NCBI RefSeq assembly: GCF_963921235.1
Contig: NC_086100.1
Coordinates: 11,160,001 to 11,224,000, forward strand
DNA from: Mobula hypostoma
Taxonomy: Eukaryota
Length of the DNA stretch: 64,000 nucleotides
Direction of reading: 5' to 3'
The notes under the pieces: model-generated
What the model saw: the letters and a program-made list of their open reading frames with translations, nothing else
Databases searched by the model: none
What the model was told of the DNA's origin: nothing
Shown here: positions 11,397 to 21,445 of the stretch, piece after piece
Position numbering within the stretch: position 1 is the stretch's first letter
Layout: every line of letters starts with the position of its first letter
Program-made: the position numbers and the translations under genes

Positions 11397-13763
11397 CTAG
11401 CGGAAGTTAGAGAAGTCAATATTCATGCCATCAGGTTGGAGGCTACCCAGACGGAATATAAGGTGTTGTTCCTCCAACCTGAGTGTGGCTTCATCTTTAC
11501 AGTAGAGGAGGCCGTGGATAGACATGTCAGAATGGGAATGGGATGTGGAATTAAAATGTGTGGCCACTGGGAGATCCTGCTTTCTCTGGCGGACAGAGCG
11601 TAGATGTTCAGCAAAGCGGTCTCCCAGTCTGCGTCGGGTCTCACCAATATATAAAAGGCCACATCGGGAGCACCGGACGCAGTATCTCACCCCAGTCGAC
11701 TCACAGGTGAAGTGATGCCTCACCTGGAAGGACTGTTTGGGGCCCTGAATGGTGGTGAGGGAGGAAGTGTAAGGGCATGTGTAGCACTTGTTCCGCTTAC
11801 ACGGATAAGTGCCAGAAGGGAGATCAGTGGGGAGGGATGGGGGGGACGAATGGACAAGGGAGTTGTGTAGGGAGCGATCCCTGCGGAATGCAGAGAGAGG
11901 GGGGGAGGGAAAGATGTGCTTAGTGGTGGGATCCCGTTGGAGGTGGCGGAAGTTACGGAGAATAATATGTTGGACCCGGAGGCTGGTGGGGTGGTGGGTG
12001 AGGACCAGGGGAACCCTATTCCTAGTGGGGTGGTGGGTGGATGGAGTGAGAGCAGATGTACGTGAAATGGGGGAGATGCGTTTAAGAGCAGAGTTGATAC
12101 TGGAGGAAGGGAAGCCCCTTTCTTTAAAAAATGAAGACATCTCCCTCGTCCTAGAATGAAAAGCCTCATCCTGAGAGCAGATGCGGCGGAGACGGAGGAA
12201 TTGCGAGAAGGGGATGGCATTTTTGCAAGAGACAGGGTGAGAAGAGGAATAGTCCAGATAGCTGTGAGAGTCAGTAGGCTTATAGTAGACATCAGTGGAT
12301 AAGCTGTCTCCAGAGACAGAGACAGAAAGATCTAGAAAGGGGAGGGAGGTGTCGGAAATGGACCATGTAAACTTGAGGGCAGGGTGAAAGTTGGAGGCAA
12401 AGTTAATAAAGTCAACGAGTTCTGCATGCGTGCAGGAAGCAGCGCCAATGCAGTCGTCGGTGTAGCGAAGGAAAAGTGGGGGACAGATACCAGAATAGGC
12501 ACGGAACATAGATTGTTCCACAAATCCAACAAAAAGGCAGGCATAGCTAGGACCCATACGGGTGCCCATAGCTACACCTTTAGTTTGGAGGAAGTGGGAG
12601 GAGCAAAAGGAGAAATTATTAAGAGTAAGGACTAATTCCGCTAGACGGAGCAGAGTGGTGGTAGAGGGGAACTGATTAGGTCTGGAATCCAAAAAGAAGC
12701 GTAGAGCTTTGAGACCTTCCTGATGGGAGATGGAAGTATATAAGGACTGGACATCCATGGTGAAAATAAAGCGGTGGGGGCCAGGGAACTTAAAATCATC
12801 GAAAAGTTTAAGAGCGTGAGCAGTGTCACGAACATAGGTCGGAAGGGATTGAACAAGGGGTGATAAAACAGTGTCGAGGTATGCAGAAACGAGTTCGGTG
12901 GGGCAGAAGCAAGCTGAGACAATAGGTCGGCCAGGACAAGCAGGTTTGTGGATCTTGGGTAGGAGGTAGAAACGGGAAGTGCGGGGTGTGGGAACTATAA
13001 GGTTGGTAGCAGTGGATGGGAGATCCCCTGAGCGGATAAAGTCGTTGATAGTGTGGGAGACAATGGCCTGGTGCTCCTTAGTGGGGTCACGATCGAGGGG
13101 TAAATAAGAGGAGGTATCCGCGAGTTGTCGCTGTGCCTCGGCAAGGTAGAGGTCAGTACGCCAGACTACAACAGCACCCCCCTTATCGGCGGGTTTAATA
13201 ATAATGTTAGGATTAGTGCGGAGGGAGTGGAGAGCAGAGCGTTCCGAAGGAGTGAGGTTGGAATGGGGACAAGGTGCGGTGAAGTCGAGACGGTTGATGT
13301 CCCGTCGGCAGTTGGCAATAAAGAGATCCAGAGCAGGCAGAAGACCAGAGCGGGGTGTCCATGAAGAAGAGGACGGTTGAAGATGGGAGAAGGGGTCATC
13401 GGTGGGGGTGGAAGAGTCCTTGCCGAAGAAGTAGGCTCGGAGACGGAGACGGCGGAAGAAAAGTTCCGCATCGTGGCGAACACGGAACTCGCTGAGGTGT
13501 GGGCGAAGGGGGACAAACGTGAAGCACTTACTGAGAACAGAGCGTTCTGCCTCCGACAGTTGAAGGTCGGAGGGGATGGTAAAGACCCGGCACGGATGAC
13601 AGCTGGGATCAGAGGGGGGAGGGGGGAGGCTGTGGGTGTCAATGGAGAGGGGAGGGTTGGGGTGAGAGGAAGATGGAGCCTCTGAGGGCCCAGGAGCTGA
13701 CAGTGGGATCTGAGGAAGACGGGGCTGCGGAGTGGTGGTGGGGGAAGGGGAGACGGGAGTCAC
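11397..13763 (-). CDS. PLE reverse transcriptase / GIY-YIG endonuclease (frame stays open to ~13991; native start lost)
   Basis: KPADKGG, LPKIHK..GRPIVS, MDVQSLYTSI, GVAMGT, RYTDD, LPFLDL, YYKPT, CKRNKCYTC, VRYCVRCSRCGLLYIGET..R..EH. The ORF-track start is a GTG. Confidence 0.93.
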   Translation of the reverse strand: MTPVSPSPTTTPQPRLPQIPLSAPGPSEAPSSSHPNPPLSIDTHSLPPPPSDPSCHPCRVFTIPSDLQLSEAERSVLSKCFTFVPLRPHLSEFRVRHDAELFFRRLRLRAYFFGKDSSTPTDDPFSHLQPSSSSWTPRSGLLPALDLFIANCRRDINRLDFTAPCPHSNLTPSERSALHSLRTNPNIIIKPADKGGAVVVWRTDLYLAEAQRQLADTSSYLPLDRDPTKEHQAIVSHTINDFIRSGDLPSTATNLIVPTPRTSRFYLLPKIHKPACPGRPIVSACFCPTELVSAYLDTVLSPLVQSLPTYVRDTAHALKLFDDFKFPGPHRFIFTMDVQSLYTSISHQEGLKALRFFLDSRPNQFPSTTTLLRLAELVLTLNNFSFCSSHFLQTKGVAMGTRMGPSYACLFVGFVEQSMFRAYSGICPPLFLRYTDDCIGAASCTHAELVDFINFASNFHPALKFTWSISDTSLPFLDLSVSVSGDSLSTDVYYKPTDSHSYLDYSSSHPVSCKNAIPFSQFLRLRRICSQDEAFHSRTREMSSFFKERGFPSSSINSALKRISPISRTSALTPSTHHPTRNRVPLVLTHHPTSLRVQHIILRNFRHLQRDPTTKHIFPSPPLSAFRRDRSLHNSLVHSSPPSLPTDLPSGTYPCKRNKCYTCPYTSSLTTIQGPKQSFQVRHHFTCESTGVRYCVRCSRCGLLYIGETRRRLGDRFAEHLRSVRQRKQDLPVATHFNSTSHSHSDMSIHGLLYCKDEATLRLEEQHLIFRLGSLQPDGMNIDFSNFR

Positions 13764-14351
13764 AACAGCAGCACATAAAGACCCGGCCTGGTGTTCAAGG
13801 CTGGAGTTGCAGTTGGTGGTTGCGTAATCACTTCGAATGTGTCCATGGTCGTTGCTGGAGTCCGGGTTTTGAATATGTCCTGAGGTGTTGGAGCCGCCGA
13901 GATCAATGGCAGGGGCCGCAATTGAAAGTTCATGCCTGCTAGCGTCGGGGCCGGCAGGCTCTGGAGTCCGTAGATGTAAGATCTTACGATCATGTATCCA
14001 TCCAGGAGTCTCTTAAGAGACCCTATTGTATCCACTTCCACCACCATCACCGGCAGCCTATTCCACGCGCTCACCACTATCTGCGTAAAAACGTACCCCT
14101 GACATCTCCTCTGTACCTACTTCTAAGCACCTTAAAACTGTGCCCTCTCGTGCTAGCCATTTCAGCCCTGGGATAAAGCCTCTGACTATCCACACGATCA
14201 ATGCCGCTCATCATTTTGTACACCTCTATCAAGTGACTTCTCATCCTCCATAGCTCTAAGGAGAATAGGCTGGGTTCACTCAAACTATTCTCATAAGGCA
14301 TGCAACATCCAGGCAACATCCTTGTAAATCTCCTCTGCATCCTTTCTATGG

Positions 14352-14463
14352 TGTAAGGGCATGTGTAGCATTTGTTCTGCTTACAAGGATAAGTGCCAGG
14401 AGGGAGATCAGTGGGGAGGGATGGGGGGGACGAATGGACAAGGAGTCGCATAGGGAGCGATCC
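14352..14463 (-). mobile_element. ~110-bp internal PLE fragment (RT-EN linker)
   Basis: Near-identical to 11767-11881 (LVHSSPPSLPTDLPPGTYPCKQNKCYTCPYT). Confidence 0.9.
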
Positions 14464-16376
14464 AGGAACTGATGTTGTTGTGACAGTGAGGTCATCCATA
14501 AAGGCTCTGATCGGGGGCTGCCGAACACCAGACTTGGTCAGTGAGCCTCTACACTCTGCCTCAGCTGCCTTGACCATCATATTCATGGCAAAGGGCAAAG
14601 AGAATAACGGAGATTGTGCACCCAGTTATAACCCCCTTCTCCAGCCTATGCCAGTCTGATGTCATAGTTCCAGAAGTGTCTCTCAATCTGAAGTTCCTGT
14701 CGTAGTTCATGAGGAGGTCCTTGATCTTTCTGAGAACATGGTGTTGGTCCAGTATAAACTCCACCAGTTTGTGGGGTATTGACCCATACGCATTGGTAGG
14801 ATCTAGCCGAAGCACGACCAGGACTCCCTTCCCCATGTGCGCCTCCCTGATCAGCTGGGTGACTACTCCACTGTGTCCCAGGCACCCAGGCGCTCCCTGA
14901 ATTCCACCCTTCTGCACTGAAGTGTCGATGTAAACATTTTTGAGGAGAAAGTCTGTCATCCAGCGGGACAAGACACTAAAGAAGATTTTCCCTTCCACAC
15001 TAAGCAGCGAGATGGATCTGAACTGCTCCAGGTTCGATGAATTTTCCTCCTTGGGGATTCAGACCCCTGTTGCGTACATCCACTGGTCTGCCACTGTCCC
15101 CTTGCGCCAGATCACACGCAGGATCTTCCAAAGAATCTTAAGGAGCTCCGGGCAGTGCTTGTACACCTTGTAGGGTACTCTGCTGGGTCCTGGCGCAGAA
15201 CTGGCTCTGGCTCCTGGACTTCCTTCCAGCTGGGCACCCTCACATCGAACTCCACTATGGGGAGTGGTTGGTTTGTAAGGGCTCTGTGGAGGCCCAGCTC
15301 TTGCTCCCTTGCAGGGTCGCTCAGGATGTTATGAAGGAAATGGTCTACCTCTTCTTTAGAGCACACATGGTTGCCGCTACGTTTCTGCCCTAGGAGCTGT
15401 TTCGTAAAATCAAACGGGTTGGCTATGAAGGCAGTGTGCTTCCTGGCTCTTTCTCTCCCTCGCCTCCTGTGCTATTCTGCTCTGCGCAGGGTCATTAGCT
15501 TCTTCCTGCAGATGTTCCGGAGCTCAACCGGGGGAGGTTTCTCCTCCTCCGTTGCTACCCTGAACTGCCATGCCAGGGACCGGAACTCTTGGTGCAGTTG
15601 GTGGATCTGGGCTACCCTGTAGTTCATCATGTACTGGGATCTGGTGGTCTTTCCCTCCTCCATTCCAAACCTCTCTGTGGCAAAGCTGACAATGATGGTG
15701 GCCATTGTCTGAAGCCGTCTGTCAACATCTCCGTTGGCTGTCAACTGGATGATCCTTGCTACATCGCCATCGAACCGGAGCCACTCTTTCTTGTTGCTGG
15801 CTGGGGGCCACTTGATCCGGCGCTGTTGAACTATGTTGCTTGGCACAGAAGCTTCTGGCGCTTGGAGGTTCTGGGCTCTGTGGGGTGACTCCAGGCCGGG
15901 CTCCTCCTGCGTCTTACCAGGTGTAAATCCTGTGTGCTACGCAGCATTCTCCTGCTCCAAGCACTTCATTCTAGCCTGATGGATCTTTAGGCCATGCTTC
16001 TGGGCTGCTCATTCTCCCCCCCCCCCCCGGGCTCCCCTGGGGGTGTCTTTCATTGGGTTTATCTGTATCTTTCTTGGGTTCTTCTTCACAGAAGATACAG
16101 GTTGGGCTGCTACCCCTCCCTGCCCCGCTTGCCGTCTTTCCGAGCTGTCAACCATCTCTCCAGTCATCGCCAATCTGTTCTTGGTGGTGCCCCAGCCTGT
16201 TCCTGGGAGTCACTGGCTCAGCCAGCTTACATAATTCTGAGATACACCCTGCGGATGTGCTGGGACACATCATCAGCGATGTAACCTGGGGTCGTCGGGT
16301 GTTTCGGGTCTTTCAACGTCATACACCCTTGCCCAGGCGACCCACCCCATTCCAACAAGGTGTCCTGCCACCCCAT
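14460..16376 (-). mobile_element. Hero-clade (R2-group) non-LTR retrotransposon, 5' half, frameshifted
   Basis: GLKIHQARMKC zinc-finger remnant, RRIKWPP, EGKIFFSVL, QKGGIQGAPGCL, LDPTNAYGSIPH, GVITGCTISVILF, IRAFMDDLT; breaks off just after the catalytic DD. Confidence 0.82.
16254..16343 (-). ncRNA. Candidate rearranged (non-circularly permuted) hammerhead ribozyme in the Hero 5' region
   Basis: GGGUG-UA^UGACGU ... GACCC-GAAA-CACCC ... ACAUCG-CUGAUGA: stems III and I can form around all core nucleotides. Confidence 0.6.
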
Positions 16377-16985
16377 CTAAACCCCTTGCTCTAGGGAGAT
16401 GCCTATCAATATTTGTGAAATTGAAATCTCCCACCACGACAACTCTCTTATTATTACACCTTTCCAGGATCTGTCTCCTCGATGTCCATTACTATTGGGT
16501 GATCTATAAAAAACACCCAGTAGAGTTATTGACCCCTTCCTGTATCTAACCTCCACCCACAGAGACTCTGTAGACAGTTCCTCCATGACATCCTCCTTTT
16601 CTGCAGCCATGACACTATCAATTAAATCCAATTCCCCTCCCTTCTCTCTGTAATCTTCGACACCCCTAATAATCAAGAATCTATCAACCTCCACTTTAAC
16701 TATACCTAATGACTTGGCCTGCACAGAGATCTGCAGCAATGAATTCCACAGCTTCACTACTCTCTGGTTAAAAAAAATCATTCTCATCTCGGTTCTTAAG
16801 GGACGTCCTTTGTCTCGGTCTTTCAATATTAAATAGGTTTCAATGAGATCCCCCCTTATTCTTCTAAACTCCAGCAAGCACAAGCCCAGATCCATCAAAT
16901 GATCCTCATATGTTAACCCTTTCGTTCCCAGAATAATTCTCGTGAGCCTCCTATGCACCCCCTCCTATGTCCGGACATCTTTTTG
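16377..16985 (-). mobile_element. Two CR1 fragments (endonuclease piece 16377-16622 and ORF2 3' piece 16630-16985)
   Basis: TESLWVEVRYRKGSITLLGVFYRSP; LEFRRIRGDLIE..FFNQRVVKLWNSL. Confidence 0.85.
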
Positions 16986-17038
16986 TGCCTGTAGTGTTTT
17001 AAACTCTAATCAATGAATGGGTCATGCTACATATACTA

Positions 17039-18292
17039 TACACAGAGTGGCCACTTTATTAAGTACAGGAATGGAATCTAGTATGCTCTTATGCTATTGC
17101 AGGCCATCCAGTTCAAGTTTCGGCATTCAGGCATGCTGTTCTGCACACCAGTGTTGAAATATGGCCTTCATGTCAGCTTGAACCAGTCTGGCCATTCTCC
17201 TCTGATCTCACTCATTAACACTGGATTTTTTTTTTGTTTATTATGCACAATTCTTTGTAAATTCTAGAGACTGTTGTGCATGGAAATCCTAGGATATCAG
17301 CAGCTTCTGAGATACTCAAACCTCTCAGTCTGTCACCAACAATTACTCCACACTCAAAGTGTGACGGGGTCCTGAAGTACCCCTATGAACTGTGCTTTTG
17401 AAAAGAGAGAGAGAGAGTTGTGGAACACAGACACCTTGTTAAAAAGAGAGAGAGAGAGGCAAAGACTGCTTGGAGATGGTGTTATGGTTTCTCTGCAGCA
17501 TGTTTACACTTTGCAAGGACACTGGCAGCTTCTGTGTTCTTACAGAGAGAGAAGGGAGGAGCTACTTGATGGACAGCTGGTGTTCAGCACGGTGAGATAA
17601 ATGGAAGGTCAGCTGATAGATTGACGGACACATGGTTTTGGACACTGAATGAGTTTTGTTGTGCACAGAAAAGATGGGTTTTGGAGGATCGATCAGCGGC
17701 TCTGGCAGTGTGAAAAGGGTGTGATGGGTGGGGAGTTCTTTGTGTGTCCAACCCTCACCTGGGTTGATAGTTCCACCATAGAAGAACATTCCCCTTTGCT
17801 ATGGTCACAGTCGGTGACTTCTGAAAAATTTTGAGGATTTCGGAGGACAACGGGAAGATTGACGGCGTCAGCTCACCTGAAGACTCAAGTCTCTTCCTCT
17901 CTCTCTCTCCATCACTGCTCAACTAAATACCACGAACTGAACTGAAATTTACTCATCATCGTAAGACTATCTATTTACCCCTAGGCATGAAGAAGCTTGG
18001 TTTTCACATATTTCCACACATATTTATATGTAGTCATTGCTAACCTGTTTGATATACTGCATTTATATTACTGTATTGCGTAGTTACTAATAAATACCTT
18101 TAGTTAATAGCAATACTGGACTTCAAAGTGTTTTCCATTTCTGCTGGTTCTTTAACCCGTCACGGGGTACGTGACAAAAGTCACTTAGCTCACATTTCTT
18201 CCCATTCTGATGTTTGGTCTGAACAACAACTGAACCTCTTGGTCATGTCTGGATTGAGTTGCTGCCACATGATTAGCTAATTAGATATTTGC
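17039..18292 (-). mobile_element. Tc1-derived non-autonomous element, interrupted by a solo LTR
   Basis: Same TIR and body as 5992-7420 and 25456-26232. Confidence 0.8.
17360..18176 (+). mobile_element. Solo LTR (817 bp)
   Basis: TGTGAC...GTGACA termini; 4-bp TSD AAAG (17356-17359 and 18177-18180); AATAAA near 18089. Confidence 0.85.
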
Positions 18293-18709
18293 AAAAGAAC
18301 TTCTGAATTAAGTAAGGCACTATAGTTCATACACCCTAATTTAGAGGGAGTTAGCTTGTTCTTTCAAATTTATGTATTTTAAAAACATTTGGATATTGAG
18401 TATTCTTAAATCATGTTGGGTAGTTAATATTAAATTATCCAGTGATGTTAAATGCAGCATCACATAAACCTTGGTGTACCTGTCAAAAATCTTTGTATAT
18501 AAAGATTGATAAGATAATTTTACCGTGTGTATACAAAGGTTGGTCAAATAACTTTTATTGTGTGTGGGCTAAATGAATGTCAAACAGTTGGAGAAGGCAT
18601 TTTTTGGCAATTAACCATTAACTAAAGTAACTATTTATGAGTGGCAATGAACTATTAATTAAAATATTAGTTAATATTTAACCAGCTAAAATATCATCTC
18701 AATTTTTAT

Positions 18710-19497
18710 CCGATGGTAACGAGGGCTGTACAGGAATGAGATAGATCAGCTGGTTGAATGGTGTTGTAACAACAACCTTACACCGAATATCCATAAGACT
18801 AAGGAACTGATTGTGGAATTCAGGAAGGGAAAACTGAGAAAACACGCACCATTCCTTATGGAGGGATCAGCAGTGGAAAGGATGAGCAACTTCAAGTTCC
18901 TGGGCATTAACATCTCATTGGATCTATCCTGGATCCAAGATATTGATGCAATCATGAGGAAGGCACCAGTGACTACACTTCATTAGGAATTTGAGGAGAT
19001 TTAGTACATCACCAAAGATTCCAGCAAATTTCTACAGATGTACTGTGGAAAGCATTCTGATTGACTGCATCACCATCTGGTATGGAGGCGCCAATCCACA
19101 GAATTAGAAAAAGCTGGTGAGGGTTGTAGATTCAGCTAGTTCCGTCGTGGACACTAACCTCCCCACGATCGAGGACTTCTATAAAAGGCAATACTACTTC
19201 CAGAAGGCGGCATGCATCATTAAGGACACTTGCCATCCAGCACACGCCTTCTTCTCATTGCTACCACCAGCGAGGAAGACCAACACTTGACATTCTCTAC
19301 CATCAGACTTCTGAGCAGTCCTTGAACCCATGAGCACTACTGCACTACTTGGCTATGTTTGTACTATTTCAGTTTTTAAATGTATTTCTTATTGTAAATT
19401 AAAATAATTTTAGTCATTGCACTATACTGCTGTCATAAAGCAACATATTTCACAACATATGTCAGTGATAATGAACCTGATTCTGCTTCAGATTCTG
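18710..19497 (+). mobile_element. Rex1/Babar-type LINE 3' part
   Basis: KTKELIVEFRK, FKFLG, NFYRCTVESIL..CITIWYG; aacctgattctg tail. Confidence 0.8.
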
Positions 19498-20355
19498 CTG
19501 TCAGTCCTTACAAAGTTTAAAATTCAATGTAAAGTTACTATCAAAGTTCATATAAATCAACATATAATATGCTAAGATTAATTTTCATTGTTCCCCAAAA
19601 ACAAGTTTTAAAACATTCATTTGAATCAGTGACGTTTTTTACTCTTTGCAAAGCTAAGCATTGAATCTTACTGAAGTAACTTGATGTTACAACACAAAAT
19701 AGATTATTTTTGCCTTCAGAGATCTGGGTTAGCAGACAGACTGCAACAGGCAGCAACTTCCAGATTAACTCCTATTGTGAAATGCCTGTGCGAAGTCAGG
19801 ATAGGGATTGGGGGATGGAGAATGGCAAATTAAGTGAATTTTGAAAGCATCACTCCCACAAAGAGCTCCTTGCCCTGCAGTTGGTGCCTGTTTCATGTCT
19901 GAACCTTTTGTTTCCAATCTCCTCCATTCTTTTTCCATTAAAGAACTGCATTCAAAAACATGAGCAATGAAATTATTGCATCTCTATTAGGATTTTAACT
20001 GGGGCTGGCAGGACGCCTTGTTGGAATGGAAGTTAGCAAGAGTCTGAGATAAGTCATCCTTTAAACTATTACATACTTGCCTGCTGTGAAGTAAATACCT
20101 CACGTTCTTGCTGAGTTATGCATCGATGTTTTTCTGATTTAAGGTATGTGTTACTGAATCAAACAATGAGTAAGACACTAATCCTCAATTAAATTGCAAT
20201 CAATTGACAGAAGAATGTCTGGCTGATCATCAAAATATCATCCAGCTAATGAAAGCCTAGCTGGGAGATTGTACATCGAAATAAATCTAAAATGATTTTG
20301 AATTAATTGTACTTTTGGTTTCCTTCTTCTGTCTCCAGTAGCTAACAAAATTGCT

Positions 20356-20625
20356 GGCACAACTGTAGCATTGCAGTTAACATGACGCTAATACAGCTTG
20401 AGGTGTCAGAGTTCAGAGTTCAGTTCTGGTGCTGTCTGTAAGGATTTGTACGTTCTCCCTGTGACTGTGTGTGTTTGTTACAGGTACTCCAGTTTCCTCC
20501 CACATTCCAAAGATGTATTGGTTCATAGGTTAACTGGTCATTGTAAATTGTCCTCTGACTAGGCTAAGGGTAAATAGGTGGTTGCTCGTTAGGCTGGAAG
20601 GGCCAGTTCCATGCCATGTAAAAAT
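20356..20625 (+). mobile_element. tRNA-derived V-SINE-like element
   Basis: Degenerate A/B boxes followed by a tgtacgttctccctgtgac..ccagtttcctcccacattccaaaga core. Confidence 0.65.
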
Positions 20626-20865
20626 TTAAAAAAAACAAAATAAATGGATGGTTATGGAATTATTTTCAAATACTTGTTCTGCAAGTTCTATTTGTCTTTA
20701 AGAATAAGGACCAGGATTATTATCTCTAACAAATATGATGTAAAATTTATTCTTTTGCTGTAGCAGTACAGTACAAAGTCAAAAATGACTATAAATTGTA
20801 AAATAAATAGTGCTTAGAAAAAGAAATAATGAGATAATGTTCATGCACTGTTCAGAAATCTGACA

Positions 20866-21445
20866 GTGATAATGTTGCAGCTATATAGGACCCTGGTCAG
20901 ACCCTACTTGGAGTACTGTGCTCAGTTCTGGTCACCTCACTATAGGAAGGACGTGGAAACCATAGAAAGGGTACAGAGGAGATCTACAAGGATGTTGCCT
21001 GGATTGGGGAGCACGCCTTACGAGAATAGGTTGAGTGAACTCGGCCTTTTCTCCTTGGTGCAACGGAGGATGAGAGGTGACCTGATAGCGGTGTACAAGA
21101 TGATGAGAGGCATCGATCATGTGGATAGTCAGAGGCTTTTCCCCATGGTTGAAATGGCTAGCACGAGAGGGCATAGTTTTAAGGTGCTTGGAAGTAGGTA
21201 CAGAGGAGATGTCAGGAGTAAGTTTTTTACGCAGAGAGTGGTGAGTGTGTGGAATGGGCTGCCAGCGGCGGTGGAGGAGGCAGAAATGATAGAGTCTTTT
21301 AAGAGACTCCTGGATGGATACATGCAGCTTGGAAAAATAGAGGGTTATGGGTAAGCCTAGGTAGTTCTGAGGTAAGGACATGTTCGGCACAGCTTTGTGG
21401 GCCGAAGGGCCTGTATTGTGCCGGTTTTCTATGCTCCTATGTTCT
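20866..21445 (+). mobile_element. CR1 3' end, well preserved
   Basis: 162-aa open ORF2 C-terminus (LYRTLVRPYLEYCAQFWSP..RRMRGDL..TRGH..WNGLP) and a gggccgaagggcctgt..(ttctatg)n tail. Confidence 0.92.

Larger units (their letters stand above)
11004..13991 (-). mobile_element. Penelope-like retroelement (Neptune-type), 5'-truncated, young
   Basis: Uninterrupted RT + Cys linker + GIY-YIG frame followed by a pyrimidine-rich pLTR carrying a hammerhead. Confidence 0.95.
10924..14350 (-). mobile_element. 5'-truncated CR1 3' end (14350-13992 and 11003-10924), split by the PLE insertion
   Basis: Both pieces are colinear with the CR1 copy at 20866-21445; about 40 bp are missing at the insertion point. 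Confidence 0.85.

Noticed and set aside
14077..14598. 173-aa ORF as a novel fusion gene
   Set aside because: Chance in-frame read-through of Hero, PLE and CR1 fragments.
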